64,000 bases of DNA from Amoebophrya sp. A120 (lineage: Eukaryota; Protista; Dinoflagellata), in contig CAJINV010000010.1 in the NCBI GenBank assembly GCA_905178155.1, positions 1,992,778 to 2,056,777 of the forward strand, written 5' to 3'. Under the pieces are notes generated by a model, which saw nothing but the letters and a program-made list of their open reading frames with translations, had not been told where the DNA came from and searched no databases. Below are positions 38,401 through 50,200 of the stretch, piece after piece. The position numbers and the translations under genes are program-made. Within the stretch, counting starts at the first letter, position 1. The number at the start of each line of letters is the position of its first letter.

Positions 38401-41400
38401 CGTGCTGGTAGGCGTCCTGAGCACCGGTTTCTTCCATGGGAGAAAACGGCGCGGACTTTTGCACAGCGCCGGGTTGTACTTGTAGGCTGGCGCTGCTAAG
38501 ATAATATGGCCGCGGCGCAACATTACCTCCCGACAGCGCAGGTGGCGCGCCAAAAAGGTGCAGCAAGTCGTCATGATTTTTGTCTTGATTTTTTCCTGCA
38601 GCTGCGATGCCGACTTCAGCGCCCACGGTACTAGGGGAGAAAAAGTCATCGGGCAAGCCCAAATCAGCCGCGGGATTGAGAGTGTCTTTTCGTGGCGCCG
38701 GCGCGGTGACCTCGTCGCCCTGAGGACCATTTGTTTCCTCCCCACCGAACAAATCGAGCAAGTCCGGCTCGCGACTGGAGGCAGCCTTGGTGAAATCTAG
38801 TACCTGCGACCGTGATGTTTCCGCCTCCGGAAAAATCAGGGTTTGCGTGTCAGTATCGTCGTCGAGAAAGAGTTCGGCTTTTTGACCGCCGCCTCCCTCA
38901 AAATTTTGTTGTTGCTGGTGTACTGCTAAGATTCTTGCCGTAGGTCCACAATTGTCCTCTGCGCCTTCATCACGACCACCCTCGAAGACAACAACTTGCT
39001 GGATCAGCAAGAGCGAGTGACAGCTCCTCTCCTGTGACTTATAATTCGCAGTACCTCGTCCTGTGTAGTTGCGCAGCTGCACCCTAGCGTAGTCCCCAAC
39101 ATGCGGGAGGCCGCAGGTCGTCGTGGAAAGAACACCATGTCGATCAAACAAGTTCTGCGCGGCTTCGAAGACCACTTGCCCCGCCTCGCCTGTGCCAATA
39201 CCGAGGAACCGAAAAGAACGGCTTGCATTTTGATCATCGAAGCAGGATGCAGAAGTTTGCGCAAAGGACTGTTGATGTTGATTCTGCCACAGAACAGCAT
39301 CTCCTAAATGCGACAGGCAGCTGCGGCCCTCGTGGTATCGAAGCGCCCCTTGCAGCAAAGCCCGCACCAAGCTCTTGCCACAAGAGGACCAAGTAGCGGC
39401 TTCGGCTTCTGCACTTCTGCTTCTGAAGTGCGCACCAAAGTCGAACTCCGGTTTTACCAGAGCATTCATTCGTGTCGCATGTAGTTCATTATCCGAGTGA
39501 AGGAGTTTAGGGCCAGAGGAGGGGAACGCTTTATCGCGGCTGCGTCCTCTCGGATGAAACTGCTGGTGCTGCATCAAGGACATTTCATCCCTAATAAAGT
39601 GAAGAACTTGTTTCTCTTTCTCCCAGTGGGGCGCTGTTGGCGGAAGAAAATGCTGTTGATGGCCACCACCTCCTGCGCGTTCCTTAGAGTGGCCCCGCGG
39701 ATGCTGATGCTGCCAACGCGCTGTATGTGCATTTTGATTTTCTACTTTGGTGTCCTGTTCCTGTTCTTGCTGACGCTGCTTGTTGCTGTTCCAGCAGGTG
39801 CTAGATGACCAACCCTGCTTAGTCTCATTTATCCAAGTCTCGTTTGGGTTTACCGTTCTTCCCTGCGCGCCATGTGTATCTCGGTAGGAGCTCGTCCCTC
39901 TGGCAGCACGATCCGTTTCGTCCTGTTTGGCGCGTGAAGCAGAACCTTTCGTAGCCTGTGGGGGATCCCATGTGCTGTCTTGATGCGACCGTTGGTTCTT
40001 TGCTAGTGCCGCCTCCTTTGTGGGGTGAACCCCCACCGAGTTATCTTCTTTGTCTTTCTTCACCGAACCAGTGCAGTTTTTCCTGTACATGACCGGATTC
40101 TGTCCGCGAGCCTTCAAGCCCTCCAGGTAGGCCTTCAACTTCTGCTGCGTTTCCTCCGGCGTGCGGGCGGTGAGCGGTTTGGGTTTGGCGACTTGCCCTT
40201 GCGGTTCCTGCTTTGGTTTGTTCGCATCTTCCAGCTTGTAGCTTTTTATTTCCGGTGCTGCGGGAGAGGGCTGTTTGAGTTTGACTACAGCTTTTGCACC
40301 TGCGGTCTCCGGATGTTGCTGCACCAGCTGCGCATCAAGCTTAATATTTTTGCTTGCCGTTTGGACTGGTTTCGGTTTTGACGCGTCAGCGTGCTCTGCT
40401 GTTTTCGTCCCTTTTTCCCCGTACTTTATTGCGGTTGCAGAAGCGATAGCCGCTCCTTTCGGCGTAGGAGCCCGAGCAGCTGTAGTTTCCTCTCCGGTAT
40501 TTATTTTTCGTTGCTCGACGCGTTCGATTTTAGTTGTACTGCTCGGATCCTGATCTACCGCTTTCTTCAACTGCTGCTGGGATGGATTTTTGAACGAGGT
40601 CCTCGTACCCGCCGCCGTGCTAAGTTCGTGCTGTTTTCGCTTGATGTTCGCCGCACCCGCGACCTCCTGTTCGTCCTTCACCGAGACCACTTTCGCCTTT
40701 ATTTCCGATGATTTTCCCTTTTCCACGACCACAGCAGTGGCACGATTTTTTTCCGCTTCTTGTTCCATCTGCGCAGCGAATTGCATTCTCACCTTCTCAA
40801 TTGTGGCTTTGGTTCTCGGGGTCAGGTGATCAAGCACTGAAGAGGTTGGCTCGACGTCCCTCGTCGACGAAGTAGTAGACCTTCCGCCAGTATTTACCAT
40901 TTTACTTCCGCTTAAGGAAGTAGATCCCGCTCCTGCTGCTGTGCCAGAACATTGCTCCTCTGCTGGCCTAGCGTCTGGTCGTGGCATTTGCAGGTTCAAA
41001 CGCAAGCGTAGGTTTTTCGCAATGGTAGCAGAAGTTGCACTGCTCGCGACATTCTTCTTTTTCTTCTTTATTTTCGGGTCCGACGCAGGTGGAGCTGCTG
41101 CATCAAGGCAGTTTCCCTGTGCAGTGGTACTACACCTTGCAGCTTCACTGGACAGAAGAGACTTTGAGGGCCGCGTCGACACGCCCAGGGTCGTATTACG
41201 ATCTTCAGGCAAATCGACTTCGCCGGGAGTTCGAGTTGATGAAGGCTTCCTTTCCGCCCGCGGGCCACCAGGCGGTCCTGTGTTCCACCGGCGGGCGGTG
41301 CTGTTGTAGTTGTTGTCGCCTGGTGGTGGTTCAATGTCATCGTCGTCGTCACTGTCCACATCGGAGAAAAAACCCGCCCCAGCTTCTACTGCAGCTCGAC

Positions 41401-42118
41401 CTTTTGCGTCGTGCTGAGAGGTGTTAGATACAGCCTTACGTTTCGCTTCGTGAATGTCATGATCCTCCTCACGACCCAGCTGCAGCTGCGCGGGGGTCTT
41501 CGCCGTTGTTTTCGTGTTAGATGGTGTAGGGCCGACACCCGTGTTCCAAGTTCTCTGTCCTCCCGTGGTCTGCTTCTTGTTCGATTTTTTGTTCTCAACC
41601 GCGAAAAAATCCTCGTCACTCATCCCCCAGAGTTCATCATCATCGTCCTCGGTCAAAAATATAGCAGACGGATTAATGCTGTTTCTGGTCCCTCCATATC
41701 CAATCCCACCGCCTGCGCCGGCAGCTGCGGTAGTAGTTGGAGCAGGAGCACGAGCGGTCGATGCTGTTGCACTCGACGTCGCTCTGCGCTCTTTGTCTTT
41801 GGCAACAGCGTTAGCGGCCTGGGCCTGCCCGTCAAGAAGACGATCACGAACATCCTCTACAACTCCAGTGTTCCAGGTTTTTTTCTTAGACGACATGGCC
41901 AACACTTCGGACAATTCATCATCATCCCCGTCGGAGGAAATGTCGTCGAGGAGGAAGTCGTAAGGTCGTTTTGGCTTTGATATTTTCGAGGACTTGAAAC
42001 TGGATTTCTCTGCAGCTGGTGTCGTGCGCCCCGTGCTAACGTCCTCGCCTTTGGTCGTGCGCCGAGAGGGACGAGCAGCTCCTCGTCCTGCATTCAGCAC
42101 AGATGTTGCTGTTGGCAT
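32419..42118 (-). CDS. Very large (~3030 aa) low-complexity hypothetical protein, 4 exons
   Basis: ORFs 35927-42118, 34914-35918, 32978-34702 and 32419-32760 join by removing 3 TIR elements plus one DR each. Confidence 0.7.
32792..33006. mobile_element. TIR introner family H
   Basis: DR CTAGC. Confidence 0.9.
34725..34957. mobile_element. TIR introner, singleton, decayed
   Basis: TATCCTGCTGGA...TCCGCAGGATA; removal plus 5 nt gives in-frame RGLADFLKAY. Confidence 0.75.
35809..35958. mobile_element. TIR introner family B
   Basis: DR GGTTA/GGTTC. Confidence 0.88.
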
Positions 42119-42799
42119 GACGTCGAAAATCTTGCTTCCGTTTACCTATTGGAAAACATGCTTCGAAATGAGGTGGAATTCATCCAATGCTCCTCACCGA
42201 GGACTTTTAGATTCTGGATGTGCAAGTGCAGATGGTCCACTGCATAGTCTGGTGTGCTCGAACTCTGCACCGTGCTAGAGCTGCATCAAGAGCGAGGAAA
42301 ACAATCTCATTTTGCTTCTCAGAGAGCCTCGGACGAGTTATGCTCTACTTTCGGATGCTTTCGCGACCAAATGTGGTCCTAGTATGCTACAGCGACTTTA
42401 TCGACAACGAACAGCAACACACACACTACAAATGAAGAACAAACATGATGGAGAAGTTGATGCAAGCATAGCTGAGATTATAGAAATGAGTACCAACAAC
42501 ATGAGCTCGGGCATGGTGGCTCTCGCCAGTCTAGCTGTTCTGTAAGTAGTTCGCCGAGGATGTCTGTGATCACGACCGAAACACTGTTGCCACGACGAGG
42601 GCTGTTACTTATGAAAAGATCCTTCATGGAGTGCTTTCTTGTGTAGCGTTGCGCGATGATGATTTAAATCAGTTCGATTCTAAGCCTTAGTGGCGTTGCG
42701 TGTTGATAGAGAAATAACACAAACACAATCATAGATGCCCACCGCCACCTTGGGGACGATCTAGAGACATGTTTGCCGGACCATACTTACAGAGTACAA

Positions 42800-43870
42800 A
42801 TTGAAGACGGGGGCGGGGCGCCTGGATAAAGATCATCGATTGATGATCCCGACGGACCGGCAACAAAGGAACGTTGGGCCGGCACCGAGCAAAACGCCAC
42901 GCAGACCCGCATCCATAACCCGCAAAGAATCTACGCGCCACACCCCGGAACAGGCGAATGGGCCGAGGGCGCGCGGGCGCCCCCGTCCCCCAGGCCTGTG
43001 GGTGTGACCTCTCCTCCCTGTAGCGCATGCAATATGCACAAGAACGCAGCTCCCGAGCAACGACCGAAGCGCGCGGGCGAGCGCGAACGCCTGAACATGA
43101 AAAACACAAAAAAACCCCGGGCGCGCGCGCCGGGCGCGGCGGCCTCGCCCTGGCTGCCCGCAGGGGGGGCGGCGAGCAGGCACCCAAACTGCGCACGGGG
43201 GCAGCGCAACACGAAAGAAATACGCCGGGCCAAAATAAACTAATGCCGCAAGCAAGCCCCGCCCCCTGCGACGCTCCCCCCGCTTGCCACAGAAGGCCAC
43301 GCACCCAACACCAGGAAGCGCAGCAGGCCGGCGGCCGGGCGCCTCCCCAATAATTGGCGCCGCCCCTCCCAAAGAAAACGAGAGGCGCCGCGCCCCCTCC
43401 GTCCCTCTGCCGGTGGCGGCAACCGCTTCGCGTGGCTCCGTACGCTGTTAGAGCGTTCTGGCACAGTTTGCGCACTTGGCGCAGACAGCGGGGGCGTGTT
43501 GGCGCCCGGCGCGGCTTTATGGAATGTCTGCGAACCACGCACCCGCGGGAAGCTCGGCAGCCCACGCGCGAAACGCGGGGGCCTCCCGCGCCGGACATTC
43601 ACCCCCGCGCCCGCGCAGCGCGCGGCCGTTCGAGCGCGATGGCCCCGGCCTCCACGCGCTGGGCGCTTGGTATTTTTCCAATGGGCGACGCGCCCGCTGG
43701 GCCGGCGGGCGCCAAGCCAGGCCGGCGCTTGCTCTCAGCTTCGGCCAGTTCGCACCGAGCGAGGAATTTCTTCGGCGTCGCCTCCATCTGCTCCAGCCTT
43801 CCGAACCCGCTGCAGTGAATGAACAACGCGCGCAACAGGAAGAACGTGCCACAAAGTGCGCGCGCTATCT
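42800..43870. other. GC/CpG-rich intergenic island of distinct composition (possible decayed repeat/TE)
   Basis: Dense GCGCGC/CCCCG runs with A-tracts; sharp change from flanks; boundaries approximate. Confidence 0.5.
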
Positions 43871-44225
43871 AGTACCGCAATAGCCTCGCCGTGCCGGGAT
43901 TCAACACTATACACAAAAGAGGAATTATGGCGGCCGCGCACTTGAACAAACCAGCAATCACCTCTGCCAACTATCAACACCTGCGCTCTTGGCAGTGGTG
44001 ATCCTTCTTTCTGAAATTAATAGACGTTAATAGGTAGCTGCTTCGTCATGTTTCGTTTGCGTCTACTCTAGTGTCATCCTTAGCGTGCTTCATCATCAGT
44101 TTTCTAGCCTCAAATGGTACAACACTGGGGTCTGTTTCATCTTCATCAATTACTAGTACTTTTACTTCATCTGATATTGTCACTGAAGAAGCTCCTTGAC
44201 GCCATCATGTGTAGTCAACAGATCT

Positions 44226-47200
44226 TCACTTCGCGCCACCATTTTTCTTCTTGGAAGACTTGGTCGACGAGGTATTATCAGACCCAGCACCCTTCTTCGT
44301 CTCACCGTCCGCCCCTGGCCCTGCAGCCCCGTTGGCTTTCTTCTTCCCAGCATCTTCGCGTCCCTCTTCACCGTTTTTCATCTTGCTCGTCCCATCATAC
44401 CCGGCTCCTCCATTCGCCGCTTTCTTCCCGTTCTTCCCCCCGGCGCCACTACCACTGGCGCTTGTTTTCTGGGACGACGCAGCACTATCCCCCACAGCCT
44501 TCGCGGTCTTTGCCCCAGCAGAACCGGTGGACGACGTACTGGCACTGCCAGGCACCCCAGCGGTGGAGGCTTGGAACATTTGAAGTTCTTCTGCAGAAAA
44601 CGACGCTAACAGCTCCTCTTCCGGGTTACTATCCTGCTCGTTTTGCTGCTTGTTACCCTTTTTCGTTTTGATGCTCGTGGTCCCTGAAGAGGCTGAAGAT
44701 GCACCAGCACTTCCTGCGGACCGCTTATTTCCGTCGCCATTAGCTGCGCCAGTTTCTCCTGCTGTTGCTCCCGCCTTCCCATCGGAGTCGGACGTTGATG
44801 CGCTACTGCCGCCGTTGCGGTTCATTTTACCTTCGCTCTTTCTGTTGTTTTTCGACGTACCGTTATCTTTCTTCTTGGAACTATTACCAGCACCTCCTGC
44901 AGCTGCCCCTGAATTGTCACTGCTGGCGTCGACGCTCCCGTGGTTTTTATTCGAATTCCCTTGTTGGTTCTTGTTTTTCGAGGACGAAGAACCTTTATTT
45001 TTCTTACCCCGTTTATTGTTGTTCGGAAGATTCTTGTCGTCTAGGCTCCTCTTGCTGCCTCCGGTCGTCTCAGCAGCTTGCTCTTCCCGCAATTTCCGCA
45101 AAACGTCACTAACGTCCTCCTCTTCCACCACCTCGCCAAGCCTCCTCGCCTCGTTCTCAGCCTCTAACTGCGCCATTAGCGCTTCGCTTCGCTTCTATGC
45201 AATACAAATTTCCCGCACATGTACAAGATGCATCACAAAGTTCAAGCCCAATTCAGAGTGTCATGCTAAAGTAGGATCGAAACCCAAATTTGTCATGCGG
45301 AGCCCGCATTTGTACGTCGTGTACAGGAAATTTCCTGTGGATAGCTTCCTGCGTGCTGCGATGGACTCCTTCTCGGACTCGGGGGTACTTCTTGAAGAGC
45401 GCTTAGGGTCGTTTGGAGTTTCACTTTCATCTGCATTCTTTGCAGCACCACGAAGACCATCATCTTCGCCGGACGCCGTGTCGACATCTTTGTCACGATC
45501 CTGAGAACGACTACGTTTGTTCTTGTCTGCGGAAGATGCTCTTGAAGTAGATTTTGCAGATTTTCCTTTCACAACCTCCTCACCACTGTCGTTTGCGCCG
45601 TCAGCCTGTTCTTCCACCTCCTCGTCGAGATTGTCAGTTTCGGTCTTCACCTGCTTCCGATCTTTCTTCCCGCGTCGGCGCTTGGAAGATTTTGATTTTC
45701 TTGTACTTGTTTTAGCGTGGAGGCCCCCTTCATCAGCTGCAATAGGTGGAGTCGTGCTGTCTGTTGTCTCGTCTTCGGATTCCTCTGATTTATTGTCCTT
45801 CATCTTGTCCTCTTTGATGTCCCGCGTAATTCTATTACCACCAGCTTCGGCCTCTTCATGTTCTTCGGTTGATGTGCCAGGAGCTTCAGCATCCGCTTCC
45901 GCTTTGATACTTTCGTCTTCTAAAACAGTATCGTCCTGTAGTTCGCCATCCAAGTTGTAATCCGCCCCTTCCTTCTGAATCTCGCCAAACACCTATAACA
46001 GTGCACAACTCCCCCTCCCCCTGATTTGTATAGCATGGGCGGCAATCGTACAAGCATCAGCAAGAATGCCGGTTTTGCATGACAAATTTGCACTGGAGTA
46101 GAGTGCTATTTGGGCTACCAAAACTTGTCATGCAAACAGTGCTAAGAACCAAGGCGTAAATCTTTAGGCACTTTGCATGATAAATGAGGGGGAGGGGGAG
46201 TTGTGCATTTTCATAACAGCTCCACTTCCTTCTCCTCCTTCTTCTTTTTTACAAATTCCTGCTCTTTCTCCTGAACGGTCTTCACGTTGCTGACAAATTT
46301 GTCGTATTTGGTGTAAAGCGTTGGCACCGCTTATCAACTGTAAAAATGTCTGGGAGGTCTGGAAGATTGTCATGCAGGTTTTCTATGACTCATGAGGTCT
46401 GGAATGCAGCGCCTAGCATGACAAACTCTGTGGGACCTCTAGCATGCCTATCCTGCATGAGAAAATCCCTCTCAACTTGGTAAAAAACGACGGCTGTTGG
46501 TAATCACGCAACACAGATTTCTTGCATGATTCAGCTTTAGCATGACAAGATCCATCCTCCCCGACCCAGACATTTTTGCATTTGATACTGCTTCCTCGGT
46601 TTCCTTCAGCATGCCCTCGTTGTAGTAGACCGCGAGCATCAAATTGTCGTACAAATCTTGATTCTCCGTCAATAGCGCCGCGTCATTGATCAGTTTGAGC
46701 AATTGCACCTGCAGAATGATCTCCGCCTCCCGGACCTTCGCGGTTGGGCGCTTCGCGACGTAGTCCGACGCGAATTTCATGCGGATTTTCTTGATATGCA
46801 AGAATGCAAACGCATCGTACTAGTAAAAATCGCATGACAAATTTGCTGAGCATGAGAAATGAAATTTGCCTTGTGGATTTGGCTTGAGAAGTAAATTTGT
46901 ATTGCATGACTGCGATTAGTACGAGCACGATACTTTTGCAATGCATATTTGTTCGTGGTCAACAGCTCCTCCAGCTTCGGCTGCACCAGTTTCGCCGCTT
47001 TATCAAATGTAAAAATGTCTGGGTCTGGAATGTGATGCTGAATTTGGATTCCAAAAAAATCTGTATTGCATAAGCAGTAAATAAGGGAGTGTAATTTTTG
47101 CTACGCGGAGAGGGCATTTGTCATGCGGAATAGGCATCGCGAGGCCCTCAGAAAATCTGTGATGCTAGGGCATGCATCACAGACGTCATGGGTCATGCAA

Positions 47201-50200
47201 AACGTGCATGACAAGCCTGGCAATCTTTATCTTCCAGACCCAGACACTTTTACATTTGATACGCTTCCAGGATGATCGACCCCTCCAATTTCGGGTCCGA
47301 ATTCGCCAACGACAAAGTCGGGTCAAAAGCGGCAAACTGGGCTAAGGACTGCGCGAGCGAGTTGGAGTTCTTGAAAGCCTGTTGTTTCAACAAATGCCGA
47401 AACTCGGCATTGTCAGATGAACTATTTTCAACATTTTTGTCCTTCTTCTTGATATTGCCACCTGCAATTTTATTCGCGGTGCTGGTCGTCGTCATCTTCT
47501 TCATCTTCTTCGAAACAGGTACAAAAAGACTCGCAATGAACTGGTTGAAAATTTTCTTCATCTTCTTCGGGTACAGCATGAACCGTAGGCACGCGCTCAT
47601 CGTTTTGAATATCACGGGAAAAAGTGTTGGCGTTAACGGAATAACTTGTGATGCAGTAATGCACCACAAAACGTGCCCAAATTTATCATGCATAGCATGC
47701 ATGCTAAGCAAAATTTGTGATGCATATTTGCAATCTATGAAAACCGTTAACGTTAACACTTTTTTGTTTGGTATTGAAACTCGTAGATTCATCGTCCTGG
47801 TTGACCAACGAGCTGTATGAACTTCAAATAAAGCAGCGCACTAGTATAAATAGCATCACAAATTCCCTCCGCATTAAAAATGGGATCTGTAATGCTGTTT
47901 TACCTTAGGAAGATGATTTGTCATGCATGCTTGCAATTAGTACGAGTGCAATGCTTTTGCAGTTCATAAGCTGTAGAGCGGCTCAGGATCATTTTGTTGA
48001 GGATTTGGATTTTGCAAATGTGGTGGTCTAGACGACGACGACGAAATATGTTGAGCAGCACCACTACCTCGATTGTAGTTGTTATCGTTGTTGTAATTAT
48101 TCAGCTTCGAATTCTTTTCCTGTTCCGCTTCCGCCCGGCTGCTGCGGATCGCTTGCGCGAGCGCTGCGGTGTAGAAGGCCCGAATATCGTGGTCACGGTA
48201 GCCATGGAAGTCCCGGTAGCTGCTGAGAGGGGGATTCGCCACGTGCTTGGTGTTGAACGTTTCTAAGGAGCCCGTCAAGTGGAAGCCCCAGGTTTTCGTC
48301 TGCTGGTTGTAATTGCAGGTTTCTTCGAGGAAAAACTTGTAAAAGGTGTTGTAGAAGTCCTGGTTTTGCTGGATAAACTGCGTCGCGTCCTCAAGATGTT
48401 GTTGTTCTATCCCACGAAAAAAGTGTTACAGTTACACATTTGTAGTGAAATCAGCAACGCAAATTTCTCTGCATGAGTGAGAAAACTTGTAATGCAGAAA
48501 TCCTACGGGAAAACACCTATGAAACGAGGCTTGTATGCATATCCGGCATGACAGAGCTTGTCTGTCTTGCTTGGCCTGCAACAGCACCATGTGTAACTGT
48601 CACACTTTTTTCTTGCGATATCTTCAGCAGTGTTTTTATTTGCCCCACTCAGGCTGTTCTTTTCACTGGAGGTTGTGTCGTTCGAAGACGTTGTGCCGTT
48701 CGAGGTCACCGTTCTACTTGCGCCGTCCGGGCCCCCGCTGGACGAATCGTCTCCAGCAACATCCTGAATACCTTCGACGGCATCCGCTCCTTCACTGGAT
48801 GTCTTGTTCAAGAACGACGAATCATCGTCAGAAGTGCTATTCTTCACCGACCCACTTCCATCTTCACGACCCGACACGGCTCTACCACTTGCACCACGCA
48901 ACATTTTTGAGTACAGATAATCCTCTGTGGGAATGAAGTTTACCGTGCTCATGTTGTTCGGCAAGGGCAGCTGCACGAACATCCGGTGCTTCTTGGTGAA
49001 CCACACCCCGTAAAAGCACAAAGCACTCGCGTCGGTCAAGTCCGGGGCGTGGGTGAAGATTTCTTCCCCCGTCTGCAGCGTGGTGTGCACATTCGGGTAG
49101 TGGTAGTTGTGGTTCATCCGGCTGTAAAGTGGGGATGACGCGTACGTGTTCTGGGTGATTTTGGAGCCGACTACGAGGCTGTAGTAGCCCTTGTTGTTGT
49201 CATCGGACGTCGACATAATTTTCGTGACCGCGACATTCCCCTGTAAATTCGGGCGGATGAAAATGGTCGCCGGGAGGAAAACGCGCTTTTTCTTCTTCGG
49301 TTTATTATTCACCGCTCGGAAAAACTTTTTCTGGTACAAATTTAGCTCCTGTCGGTCGATTTTTGTCGCGGGCTTTTTATTTCCACCTAAACTCGTGGTT
49401 GTCGTGACGGTATCAGAAGTCGAAGAAGTAGTTGCGTCTTTGCTGTCTCCCGCCGTAGATGACGAAGTAGAATCTTTCTCCTTTTCCTTGTTTTTCTTGT
49501 CCTTTTTCTTCTTCTTATCCTTCTTTTTCTTCGATTTCTTATCCTTGGATTTGTTTTTGGACGATTTCTTATCTGTGGAAGAGCTGCTGCTGTCTTCGTC
49601 TTTATTGTCTTTCTTGCCGCTTGCGGTTTCAGTTGTTACACCGCCGGCTGCAGTTCCACCGGCGCCGGTGGTGCTGTCATGCCCGTCAGGCCCTTCTGTC
49701 ATGGTTTCATCGTTATGTTCAAGTGGCTTTGGCGGTCGGTAGTAGATTTTCTGCAACCCTTGCAAGAAGTCGTAGTCGTCCGAGCCGTCATCTAGTTCCA
49801 CCACCTCGACAGAGTGTGCTTTCCACAGCAGATACGCCCAGCGAATATGGTCCATCGTCAAGTTTCGGTACTCGTCAAACAAATGCAATCCACCAAGCAC
49901 TATGCATTGCAAACGTGTCGCACTGCTACTGGTAAGCACCAATTGCAATTGCACAAGTGCATGACAAATCCCTTTTATTCCAAGCTCAAGCAGCATGACA
50001 AATTACATAACATTTGTCTTGCTGACCTAATTTGTATTGCAGTTTTTTACCACCACCAGTACGCTAGTACTTTTGCAATTCATAAGCACCTCGTCCGTTA
50101 CCCGCAAGGCCTCGTTTTGCCAGTTCTCCATGCTGGTGCCCTTCGCAATGATTTTAAACTCCTCCCGGTCGATCGCGAAAATGCCCCGGGTCCGGTGCCA

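Noticed and set aside
42729-43883. Overlapping ORFs of 100-290 aa
   Set aside because: Expected from stop-codon depletion in GC-rich DNA; R/A/P/G-biased with no domain
44650-45960. Long hydrophobic plus-strand ORFs (also at 47272, 49191 and 36095)
   Set aside because: Antisense shadows of K/E/S-rich minus-strand exons
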